DNA of 64,000 nt. Source: Bacillota bacterium (GTDB lineage Bacteria; Macinerneyibacteriota; Macinerneyibacteria; Macinerneyibacteriales; DSCS01). Below are positions 1-8,167 of this stretch, one piece after another. The stretch covers positions 138,724 to 202,723 of the forward strand of contig DSCS01000018.1 of assembly GCA_011048995.1 (NCBI GenBank), read 5' to 3'. Every line of letters begins with the position of its first letter. Position 1 is the stretch's first letter. Under the pieces are notes generated by a model that saw nothing but the letters and a program-made list of their open reading frames with translations, had not been told where the DNA came from and did not search any database. The position numbers and the translations under genes were made by a program.

Positions 1-1
1 G

Positions 2-403
2 GCGAATTTAGATTATGCAATGACGATCTCACAATTGGACAAAGAGATGGCGAAATTCGACCTGGGTCCGCAAACGGTTGTCGGGCCTAAGGGAAAGACC
101 TTGTCCGGCGGGCAAAAGCAGCGACTGGCTTTGGCCCGGGCTCTGTATCATAAACCCCCGGTTTTAATATTGGACGATATTACTTCGGCATTAGATGCAG
201 AGACCGAGATGCAATTATGGCAGGAACTCTTTAAAGGGATTCCGCAGCAGACGTTGATCCTGGTGACACATCGCCCGAAAACAGCCCGGATGACTGACAA
301 GATCTATGTTCTGGATCAGGGACAGCTGGCTGAATCGGGAACGCATACCCAATTGATCCGTCGGGATTCTCTTTACCGTCAAATCTACCATGACACCCTC
401 TGA
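2..403 (+). CDS. ABC transporter ATP-binding domain, C-terminal part (gene continues upstream of window)
   Basis: ABC signature LSGGQKQR, Walker B ILDD, H-loop VTHR. The reading frame is open back to position 2 with no upstream stop. Confidence 0.85.
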   Translation, partial: ANLDYAMTISQLDKEMAKFDLGPQTVVGPKGKTLSGGQKQRLALARALYHKPPVLILDDITSALDAETEMQLWQELFKGIPQQTLILVTHRPKTARMTDKIYVLDQGQLAESGTHTQLIRRDSLYRQIYHDTL

Positions 404-409
404 TGTCCT

Positions 410-2383
410 TTAAAGTTGAAAAGGGAGCAGGGATCCGGCGGCCTTCTTTTTTAAATCATCCATCAGGCTGCTCAACCCTTGTTCGGATGAAAGGATGGAT
501 TCTCTCTTTTCATTGAACAGGGACTCGTTTCCCAAAAAAGCGCTCAGTTCTGTTTTATTCTCTTCAAGGAGAGGCGAGATCCGGCTTTTCAACTCTTCTT
601 CTAAGCGGGCTTTTTGCTCGGCGATCTCTTCAGAGGCCATGGCTTTGGCCGCGTCTTGAAGGGCTTGCCCCAGAGATGTCTTTAAACCGATATCAGTTTC
701 TCCTCCCGGGAGGAATTTCAGCTGTGCTGTCACCGTGAAGGGAGAAGCTCCGGAGAGAACGTTATAAATCACTTTTTCGGTCTCATCGGCCTCTTCTCCG
801 ATGTTCATATCCAGTTGCGTGACAGTAAAGAGAAACTCCCCGCCCAGAGCGCTGTTTTGATCCACAAGAGAGAGGGAGCCGGTAGCTCCGTAACGGATTT
901 TTGCCTCATTTAAAGCCGGCAGAGAAGAAGACGGTTCATCCATACTGAAGCGAAAGCCGTCCCCGTTGAGATTGACGCGGATAAGCGGGGGCGCATTCCG
1001 GCGGACATCGACGACCCCGAGAATATCAAAAAAATAATTGCTGCCTTTGTCTGAGTAGGAGAAGTCAATAGGTTCGCGCCACATCGCCGGGTGAGTGGAT
1101 ATATTTTTGATTTCTCCCGTTACACGCCTCTCTTCCTCTTTGATGTCCACAAGGATTTTTTCGGCTAAGACCGACGGATAACGAGAGACGGGGAAAAGGA
1201 TATCCCAACCCCGTCTTTGGCGCAGAGGAGCGGGAGTGTCTTTCTTCACCGGTTTCTCTTTTGAAGAAGATCTGATCTTGTCCAAAAGAGAAGAAGCTAA
1301 CGGTGCATATTTGCCCAATTTTTGACGAAGGATCTCTTCTACCGCTTGGTTTACCAGCAGAGAAGGGCCGCCTCTTCCTGTGAGCGCCAGCGCCCGGTCT
1401 ACGTCTTTTTTGATCGCGTTTCGAATATCAGCTTCCATTGTGCTCAATCTCTCTTTGTCTGTTTGGAAATCCGCAGCGGTTTCCCGGATCAATGTCTTGG
1501 CTTTTTGCAGGTTTGCCTTTACTTCTGAAGCTGTATCCAGAAGCTCTTTGGCCTGAGTCACATTTTTGACAGAAGAGAGATCTGTTTTTTGGAGAGTGTA
1601 ATAATCTTCTTTCAGGGTTTCAGTGGACTCATCAAGTGCAAGGATCCTTTCTTCCCAATTTTTGCGGGCCTCTTTAATGATCTCCTTATATTCTTGAGCC
1701 ATACGGGGAGAATCAAAATCGGGCATGAGAGCTTCAGTCAGGGCTTTGGTGTCCAGGGCTTTTTCAAGAGTTTTTTTCTGAGGGCTTAAAACCTTTTTAT
1801 CTTGAGAACGAAGGGCGGCCGATGTCGTCCGCGGTGTCCCCCAGGAGAGAGCTGTGACAGAGGCTTCTTCCAAAACGAATTTTTTTCTCAAAAGCTGTGA
1901 AGTCATCATATCAATGCGTACAGAGCCGGTCTCCACCAAATTGTACATGGGAGCGTCCTTATCACCGATAGTCAAAGAGCTGAAGGAGAGGGATCCTTTG
2001 ATAAGAGAAGAGCGCAGTCCTGTGATTTCTGTTTTTGCCTGAAAGATCATTTCAAGGGAGCGCTCCATAATATGCTCGATCAACCGGTCTTTGAAAAAAA
2101 GGCTGAAAAGAAGCAGAAAGCCGAAGATAACAGCGAAAAGGATCAGTTTCCCGCTTTGAAAAATTCCGCGGTTTTTTTTCAAGACACGATGCAGTTGAGA
2201 TATTTTTTTGATTTCAGCGGAAGAGAGATCATCTTTCAAAGTCATCCGGCCGGACTCGTCTGCTGAGTAAAGGTTTTTGATGAAGTCTTTGTCCCCGGGG
2301 AGCGAGATCTTTTTAAGGAGGCGTTTCTCCAAGTCGGCAGCGGTATGAATATTCTTCCAGAGGGAGGGGATTTTAGTTTTCAT
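410..2383 (-). CDS. Large N-terminally membrane-anchored coiled-coil protein, TIGR03545/AsmA-DUF748-like (function unknown)
   Basis: 657 aa with one N-proximal hydrophobic segment (LILFAVIFGFLLLFSLFF) and long K/E-rich coiled-coil stretches. Sits directly downstream of, and is co-oriented with, a DUF2062-like gene. That pairing is recalled from TIGRFAMs (TIGR03545/TIGR03546). Confidence 0.5.
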   Translation of the reverse strand: MKTKIPSLWKNIHTAADLEKRLLKKISLPGDKDFIKNLYSADESGRMTLKDDLSSAEIKKISQLHRVLKKNRGIFQSGKLILFAVIFGFLLLFSLFFKDRLIEHIMERSLEMIFQAKTEITGLRSSLIKGSLSFSSLTIGDKDAPMYNLVETGSVRIDMMTSQLLRKKFVLEEASVTALSWGTPRTTSAALRSQDKKVLSPQKKTLEKALDTKALTEALMPDFDSPRMAQEYKEIIKEARKNWEERILALDESTETLKEDYYTLQKTDLSSVKNVTQAKELLDTASEVKANLQKAKTLIRETAADFQTDKERLSTMEADIRNAIKKDVDRALALTGRGGPSLLVNQAVEEILRQKLGKYAPLASSLLDKIRSSSKEKPVKKDTPAPLRQRRGWDILFPVSRYPSVLAEKILVDIKEEERRVTGEIKNISTHPAMWREPIDFSYSDKGSNYFFDILGVVDVRRNAPPLIRVNLNGDGFRFSMDEPSSSLPALNEAKIRYGATGSLSLVDQNSALGGEFLFTVTQLDMNIGEEADETEKVIYNVLSGASPFTVTAQLKFLPGGETDIGLKTSLGQALQDAAKAMASEEIAEQKARLEEELKSRISPLLEENKTELSAFLGNESLFNEKRESILSSEQGLSSLMDDLKKKAAGSLLPFQL

Positions 2384-2391
2384 CGTCTCTC

Positions 2392-2925
2392 CTAACGGTT
2401 GCGGCCCGGAAGATGTGACACAGCGCGGGCCGCTTTTTGAAATTTTACCACAAGGGGAAGCTTCATAAAGGCGCGGTATAGTTTTGTGTTCTGAATCATA
2501 CGCAGAAACCCTTCACGGTACCGGCGTATAAGAAAACGAAAAAAAACAAAGGAGGGGAGCCAAAGAAGAAGGCCGGCTGCAAAACCCCCTGTGACAAGTG
2601 TGTTGTTCAAACGGGTGAAAGCCAAAAGAGGAGCGTTCTGTATCCAGGTGAAAAAAAAGTAAAGGGGCGGAAAGGTCAAAATGGCATACCCGAACAAGTG
2701 GAGAAGAGGGTCAACGGCAGGAGCCAGCAGTTTAAAAAAAACAAGAAGTGCCATTTGAACGGCTAAGTTGACTTTCAAAAAAAAGGTCAGAGCAAAGAGA
2801 GCGATCCAAAGGAGGTTTCCCCCGGGCAGAAGGCCCAAAAGAAGCGCAAAAGAGGCTCCTGCGGCGATCTCTCCGGGCCGCTGATTGGAATTGAGGGCTT
2901 TAAAGATCTTTAAGAGGAACGGCAT
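2392..2925 (-). CDS. DUF2062/TIGR03546-like small polytopic membrane protein
   Basis: 177 aa, several hydrophobic helices, GxxS/AxAxG-rich N-terminus typical of DUF2062. Its stop lies 9 nt before the start of the partner gene. Confidence 0.5.
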   Translation of the reverse strand: MPFLLKIFKALNSNQRPGEIAAGASFALLLGLLPGGNLLWIALFALTFFLKVNLAVQMALLVFFKLLAPAVDPLLHLFGYAILTFPPLYFFFTWIQNAPLLAFTRLNNTLVTGGFAAGLLLWLPSFVFFRFLIRRYREGFLRMIQNTKLYRAFMKLPLVVKFQKAARAVSHLPGRNR

Positions 2926-2996
2926 GGTCTCTCCTTCCGTTTATACTGGAGTATAAGGCCGGCTCTTTTTTCGTCAAGAGCTGTTGTGAAAACAAG

Positions 2997-3024
2997 TTGA
3001 GAAAAATGTGAATCTCCCTTATAA
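2997..3024 (+). promoter_or_regulatory. Sigma70-like promoter (TTGAGA, 16 nt spacer, TATAAT) for the flavoprotein gene; shares the divergent intergenic region with the minus-strand DUF2062 operon
   Basis: -35 at 2997-3002 and -10 at 3019-3024, followed by GGGA. RBS and ATG are 20 nt downstream. Confidence 0.5.
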
Positions 3025-3043
3025 TGGGACAAAAAGGAGGCGT

Positions 3044-3646
3044 ATGAAAGTCATTGGGATTAACAGCAGTCCCCGTGAAAAGGGGAACACCTATCTTATG
3101 ATGAACAGGTTTATGACAAAACTTGAAAAGCAGGGAATAGAGACAGAGATCATCCATATAGGTGGGAAATGGATCCGGGGATGCCAGGGATGCAATGCCT
3201 GCCGGCAAATGAAAAATGAGCGATGTGCCATTGATGATGAGTTAAATGCGGTCATTCCGAAACTGAAAGAGGCTCAGGGCCTTATTCTGGGAGCCCCGAC
3301 ATATTACGCCGATGTTCCCGCGGAGATGAAGGCTTTTATCGACAGAGCGGGGCGTGTAACAGGCGCCAACGGAAGGATGCTCGAGAGGAAATTAGGCGCA
3401 GCGGTCATCGCTGTCCGTCGCGGAGGGGCGATCCATGCTTTTGATACCATCAATCATTTTTTCCTGATTTCAGGGATGATCGTTCCGGGCTCCTCTTACT
3501 GGAATATGGGAATAGGGCGGGATGCCGGGGATGTTTTAGAAGATGATGAAGGATTGGCCACCATGGACCGCCTTGCGGACAATTTTTCATGGCTATTAAA
3601 AAAAATCGGCGGGAACTGTGAAGAGAAACCTTTTGCTTCGCGATGA
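3044..3646 (+). CDS. NADPH-dependent FMN reductase / iron-sulfur flavoprotein-like
   Basis: Flavodoxin-like N-terminus MKVIGINSSPREKGNT plus a compact Cys cluster CQGCNACRQ...C as in Isf-type iron-sulfur flavoproteins. RBS GGAGG lies 6 nt upstream of ATG 3044. The ORF track begins at 3008, but 3044 has the RBS. Confidence 0.7.
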   Translation: MKVIGINSSPREKGNTYLMMNRFMTKLEKQGIETEIIHIGGKWIRGCQGCNACRQMKNERCAIDDELNAVIPKLKEAQGLILGAPTYYADVPAEMKAFIDRAGRVTGANGRMLERKLGAAVIAVRRGGAIHAFDTINHFFLISGMIVPGSSYWNMGIGRDAGDVLEDDEGLATMDRLADNFSWLLKKIGGNCEEKPFASR

Positions 3647-3689
3647 GTTGAAAAGGCTTTTCTCGTCATCGGGTAAGCGTTTTCTGGCA

Positions 3690-4070
3690 ATGAAGGACGG
3701 CCTGTTTCTCTTTTCTTCGGAAGAGCGGGGGATAAGCCCCCTTTACTTTTTTTTAAAAACATTCGGTGAACGCTGTGAAGGGACTTATGTGGCTGACACT
3801 GTCATCGGACGCGGAGCGGCGCTTTTGCTGATCAAAGCCCGGGTTGCTTATCTTTATGCCCGGATGATCTCGCAAGGGGCGGCGGCTCTTCTTGAACGTG
3901 CGGGCCTTCGCTTCGAATACAAAGAGAAAGTTCCCTGTATCCTGAACCGCGCCAAAGAGGGGCCTTGCCCTGTAGAACGATTAACCGAAGGGGTGACGGA
4001 CCCGCGGAAGGCCTTTGATGCCATTGAAAAGTTTGTCATGAACATGGAAAAAGGGGAAGGAGTGTTATGA
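3690..4070 (+). CDS. DUF1893 (TM1506-like) domain protein
   Basis: About 127 aa from the internal Met at 3690. The recalled DUF1893 motif pattern fits. The start is ambiguous between 3618 and 3690. Confidence 0.45.
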   Translation: MKDGLFLFSSEERGISPLYFFLKTFGERCEGTYVADTVIGRGAALLLIKARVAYLYARMISQGAAALLERAGLRFEYKEKVPCILNRAKEGPCPVERLTEGVTDPRKAFDAIEKFVMNMEKGEGVL

Positions 4071-5200
4071 AGTACAGAACAATGCCCACGACAAAAGATT
4101 CGCTTTCCATTTTGGGATTCGGTTGCATGCGTTTTCCTAAAAAAGAAGACGGATCCATCGATGAGAAGACCGCCGAAAAGATGATGCTTTCGGCGATTCA
4201 AAAAGGGGTCAATTACGTCGATACGGCGTGGCCTTATCATCAGGGAGAAAGCGAACCCTTCGTGGGGCGTTTTCTGGAAAAACACAGCCTTCGGGAGAAA
4301 GTCTTCTTAGCCACAAAACTGCCGACGTTTTTGATTAAAAAAAAAGATGATTTCGAAGATTACTTCAGCCGGCAATTGGAGCGTCTTTGTACAGATCATA
4401 TTGATTATTACCTTGTCCATACACTTAATCGGAGATTATGGGAAAATGCAAAAGAAAAAGGGCTCTTTGATTTCCTGGATAAGATCAGGGAAGATGGACG
4501 GGTGCGCCATATCGGGTTTTCATTTCATGATCATATTGACGTCTTTAAGGAAATCGTCGACAGCTATCCATGGGAATTCTGTCAGATCCAATATAATTAT
4601 CTGGATATTGAATATCAGGCGGGGCGTGAAGGGTTGATGTATGCCCGCGGAAAAGGCCTGGGAATCATTGTCATGGAGCCTATAAGAGGGGGGAGCCTGG
4701 CCCATAAATTACCCCGGGATGTCCGGGAGGCCTTTGAAGCCGCCCCCGTAAAAAGAACTCCCGCAGAATGGGCACTGAAATGGGTGTGGAATCATCCCCA
4801 GGTCGATCTCCTGCTCAGCGGGATGAGTGAGCCGGCCCATGTGGAGGAGAATGTTCGCCTGGCCGGAGAAGCCGAGCCCGGATGTCTCTCCTCTGAAGAA
4901 CTCAAACTGGTGGAGAAGGCAAGAGAACAGTTTCTCTCAAAAGTACAGGTCCATTGCACCGGCTGCGGGTATTGTCTGCCTTGTCCGCAAGGAGTGGCCA
5001 TTCCTGCGATTTTTGAGATGTATAATGACGCATGGCTTTTTGAAGACATTCAGGGGGGAAAAGAAAAATATCTCAAATGGATCAAAGAGGAGAACAGGGC
5101 TTCCCGATGTGTGGTATGCAGAGCATGTGAAAAGGCCTGCCCCCAGCAGGTCCCTGTCATTGAAAAACTGAAAAGCATTGTCTCCGCTTTTGAATCATAA
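4067..5200 (+). CDS. Aldo/keto reductase fused to a C-terminal 4Fe-4S ferredoxin-like domain
   Basis: AKR fold motifs (GFGCMRF, VDTAWPYH, IGFSFH) and a C-terminal pair of Cys motifs, CTGCGYCLPCP and CVVCRACEKACP. Confidence 0.8.
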   Translation: MKYRTMPTTKDSLSILGFGCMRFPKKEDGSIDEKTAEKMMLSAIQKGVNYVDTAWPYHQGESEPFVGRFLEKHSLREKVFLATKLPTFLIKKKDDFEDYFSRQLERLCTDHIDYYLVHTLNRRLWENAKEKGLFDFLDKIREDGRVRHIGFSFHDHIDVFKEIVDSYPWEFCQIQYNYLDIEYQAGREGLMYARGKGLGIIVMEPIRGGSLAHKLPRDVREAFEAAPVKRTPAEWALKWVWNHPQVDLLLSGMSEPAHVEENVRLAGEAEPGCLSSEELKLVEKAREQFLSKVQVHCTGCGYCLPCPQGVAIPAIFEMYNDAWLFEDIQGGKEKYLKWIKEENRASRCVVCRACEKACPQQVPVIEKLKSIVSAFES

Positions 5201-5210
5201 AGGAGGAAAA

Positions 5211-5726
5211 ATGGATAAAGCATTTGCGTTGAAGAGAACCGGAGTAAGAGCCCTGACATTATCGTCTGTTCTGGCTCTTTCCGTGGCCTTTCCTGTCTTG
5301 ATCCATGCCTTGGGCTTGTCGGGGCAGCTCTTTCTTCCCATCTTTACTGTTCTTATGGTGGGAAGCTTTTATATCAGCTCCCGGTTTTTGATCCCGGCGG
5401 CTCTTGTGATCCCGGCGCTGAACACTCTTCTTACCGGCATGCCGGCCGTCAGTCCTGTCCCGATGTTGCAGTTTCTGACTCTGGAAATGGCGGTTGTTGC
5501 TTTAACAGCCCGGGTTCTTCGAAAAAAGGCTCTTGTTTTACGTCTTGTCCTGCCCCTGTGCGCCGGAAGGCTTTTATCCCTTCCTTTTATTGCCCTTTTC
5601 CCTGCTCTTTCTGCAGGCTGGTGGGCAGAGCGTTTCTTCGCCGGATGGCCGGGGATTGTCTTGAATATTGCCTTGGCCTGTGGGATCGTGATCCTTTTTC
5701 CCCCTGAACCCGGAACAAAAGCATAA
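5211..5726 (+). CDS. Small polytopic membrane protein (ECF-transporter S-component-like, uncertain)
   Basis: RBS AGGAGG before ATG 5211. About 5 hydrophobic helices. No catalytic motif recognised. Confidence 0.45.
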   Translation: MDKAFALKRTGVRALTLSSVLALSVAFPVLIHALGLSGQLFLPIFTVLMVGSFYISSRFLIPAALVIPALNTLLTGMPAVSPVPMLQFLTLEMAVVALTARVLRKKALVLRLVLPLCAGRLLSLPFIALFPALSAGWWAERFFAGWPGIVLNIALACGIVILFPPEPGTKA

Positions 5727-5760
5727 AAATCACAGGCAATGGCCGGGATAAGGAGGAGCT

Positions 5761-6375
5761 GTGAAGGGGCTTTTTATAACATTTGAAGGGGGAGAAGGTG
5801 TGGGAAAGACCACACAGATGAAAAAATGCACTTCTCTTCTGGAAAAGGAAGGCCGCGATGTCCTCATGACTCGTGAGCCCGGAGGAACAGAGATCGGGGA
5901 AGAGATCAGAAAGATCCTTCTGAATTCGGCCTATCATACGCTTCTTCAGTCCAAGACAGAACTGCTTCTCTATCTCGCGGCGCGGGCCCAGCACTATTAT
6001 GAAAAGATCGAGCCGGCCTTGAAAAAGGGGAAGATCGTCCTTTGTGACAGGTTTATGGATGCGACGGCTGCTTATCAGGGCTATGCCCGTCAACTCGGCC
6101 TTGACTTTACAGAAGAGATGAACCGTTGGGTTTTGAACGGAGCCGCTCCCCATTGCACATTTTTTCTCTACACCGATATCCGCTCCGGGCTGGACCGGGA
6201 GTCGGCCCAAAACAGATTAAGCATGGAATCTGAGGATTTCCATGCCTGTGTTCTGCAAGGGTATTTTGAGCTGGCTCGCCGGCACCCTGAACGGATCATG
6301 CCCCTGGATATTCGCGGTAAAGGAATAGACGAAGTCAATGCGATGATCATGACTCAGCTAAGGAGATTTTTGTGA
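5761..6375 (+). CDS. tmk: Thymidylate kinase
   Basis: P-loop FEGGEGVGKTT, DRF/LID region. GTG start. Overlaps the next gene by 4 nt. Confidence 0.85.
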   Translation: MKGLFITFEGGEGVGKTTQMKKCTSLLEKEGRDVLMTREPGGTEIGEEIRKILLNSAYHTLLQSKTELLLYLAARAQHYYEKIEPALKKGKIVLCDRFMDATAAYQGYARQLGLDFTEEMNRWVLNGAAPHCTFFLYTDIRSGLDRESAQNRLSMESEDFHACVLQGYFELARRHPERIMPLDIRGKGIDEVNAMIMTQLRRFL

Positions 6376-7292
6376 ATGTTGATTTTACAGCCCTGAAAAA
6401 CTACGCCCGACAGGGAAGGCTTCCCCAATCGTTTATTCTTTCTGCGCAGAGCCCCCTTCGAAGGGAAGAGGCCGCATTGCATGTTGCTTCTCTGCTTCAG
6501 GGCGCTGAAAGAGACAATCCCTCTTCAAAAGGGGTTTTCTTTGTCAGGCCCCGTAGCTCCGGGCTGATCTCTGTGGAGGATATTCAAGAGGGAAGCCGGA
6601 CATTGTTGACAACGCCCTATGAATCGGGGAAAAACATTCTCATTGTCGAAAGCGCTGAATCAATGACGCCGGAAGCGGCGAATTCATTGCTTAAGCTTCT
6701 GGAAGAACCTCCTGTCCATGCCGTTCTGATACTGCTCACTGACGATGAAAATGAACTTTTGCCTACGGTCCGCTCCCGATGTGCCTCCTTCTATTTGCGT
6801 CCTGATCCCTTTGAATCCTTTTTGACAATGCTTCGGACATGGAATCCGGAGATCACCTCTGAGGAGGGGATGTTTTTCCATCAGAACCGGGCTCTTGTCC
6901 GGCATCCTCTTCCATTGGAAACATTACGCAAAATGGTCGGGTTATGGAAAGGGCTGTTTAACAAAAGAGCTGATCTGGCCGGGATACTGAAAGTCATTGA
7001 TGATTTTATGTCTGCCGGTATCTCTTCCCGCCATGGAGAAGAATCTCTGAACGCTTTTCGGCTATTCAGAGCATTGACTGCGACATTATGCCGGGATATT
7101 CTTCTTTTTCATCAGGGCCGGGGAGCCCTTTTATGGCCATCTCTGGAGGCAGAATATAAAAAGGTTGATTTTACCGGCAGGTTTCTTATACTTCTTGAAG
7201 AATTAAGTGAAATCCCTGCAAAGGGGCGCATGAACGCGAATAAAAAATTTGCCGTAACAGAAATAATAATCAAGTTCTGGGAAGAGGAGTAA
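6372..7292 (+). CDS. holB: DNA polymerase III delta-prime subunit-like
   Basis: LLKLLEEPP...TVRSRC motif of clamp-loader delta-prime. Usual tmk-holB synteny. GTG start. Confidence 0.75.
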   Translation: MNVDFTALKNYARQGRLPQSFILSAQSPLRREEAALHVASLLQGAERDNPSSKGVFFVRPRSSGLISVEDIQEGSRTLLTTPYESGKNILIVESAESMTPEAANSLLKLLEEPPVHAVLILLTDDENELLPTVRSRCASFYLRPDPFESFLTMLRTWNPEITSEEGMFFHQNRALVRHPLPLETLRKMVGLWKGLFNKRADLAGILKVIDDFMSAGISSRHGEESLNAFRLFRALTATLCRDILLFHQGRGALLWPSLEAEYKKVDFTGRFLILLEELSEIPAKGRMNANKKFAVTEIIIKFWEEE

Positions 7293-7297
7293 AAACG

Positions 7298-8167
7298 ATG
7301 ATTGAAGTGGTGTCGGTTCAATTTCAGGATGCCGGTAAATTATACTATTTTAAACCCTGTGAAGAAACGCTGCTTCCGGGAGACTTTGTCATTGCTGATA
7401 CAGAAAAAGGAGAGACTGTGGGTAAGGTCATTACTCCGGCTCTGTCCCTTTCTCTGGAAGAGATCGTTCTTCCGCTTAAAAATGTTTTGAGAAAGATGAC
7501 AGCCGGAGACTGGGGGACAGTCCGGCAGCTCAAAAATGAAGAAAAAGAGGCCTTGCGCATATGCGCTGAGATGGTCAAAGAGCATGGCCTTCCCATGAAG
7601 CTGATCGGCTGTCAATATTCTTTTAACAAAAGCTATCTGATGTTTTATTTTTCTTCAGAAGGGCGTGTTGATTTCAGGGCTCTGGTCAAAGACCTGGCCC
7701 GTGTCTTCAAAACACGCATTGAACTGCGTCAGATCGGTGTCCGCGATGTGGCCAAAAGACTGGACGGCGTCGGAATCTGCGGACAGCGTCTTTGCTGTTC
7801 GGCCTGGCTCAGAGAATTTGACAGCATTTCGATCAAGATGTCAAAAGCTCAGCACCTTTCTTTGAACCCTAATAAGATGTCCGGGGTCTGCGGCCGGCTT
7901 ATGTGCTGTTTGCGCTATGAAGAAGAGACCTATAAGAAACTTTCGGAAGCTTTTCCCGACATGGATTCCCGTGTCAAGACGCCGAAAGGATGCGGCACGG
8001 TGCGAAATATCAATATCTTCACAGGAAAGATCTTTGTACATCTGGATCATGGAGGTGATTGCTCCTGTTCGCTGGAAGAGATCAACCCTGTGAAAGCGGA
8101 ACCGTTAAAAGACAAGGATATTGTGATCAAAGATCAGGAAATTAATAATGCGGAGGCCGATTCATGA
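7298..8167 (+). CDS. ricT: PSP1 C-terminal domain protein RicT/YaaT
   Basis: Paired Cys motifs CGQRLCCSAW and CGRLMCCLRYEE typical of YaaT/PSP1. Conserved position after holB. Confidence 0.8.
   Translation: MIEVVSVQFQDAGKLYYFKPCEETLLPGDFVIADTEKGETVGKVITPALSLSLEEIVLPLKNVLRKMTAGDWGTVRQLKNEEKEALRICAEMVKEHGLPMKLIGCQYSFNKSYLMFYFSSEGRVDFRALVKDLARVFKTRIELRQIGVRDVAKRLDGVGICGQRLCCSAWLREFDSISIKMSKAQHLSLNPNKMSGVCGRLMCCLRYEEETYKKLSEAFPDMDSRVKTPKGCGTVRNINIFTGKIFVHLDHGGDCSCSLEEINPVKAEPLKDKDIVIKDQEINNAEADS

Noticed and set aside
3008-3043. Upstream start (3008) for the flavoprotein gene
   Set aside because: It would place the start inside the -10 box. ATG 3044 is preceded by AAAGGAGG, and the protein then begins with the conserved MKVIGI flavodoxin-fold strand.
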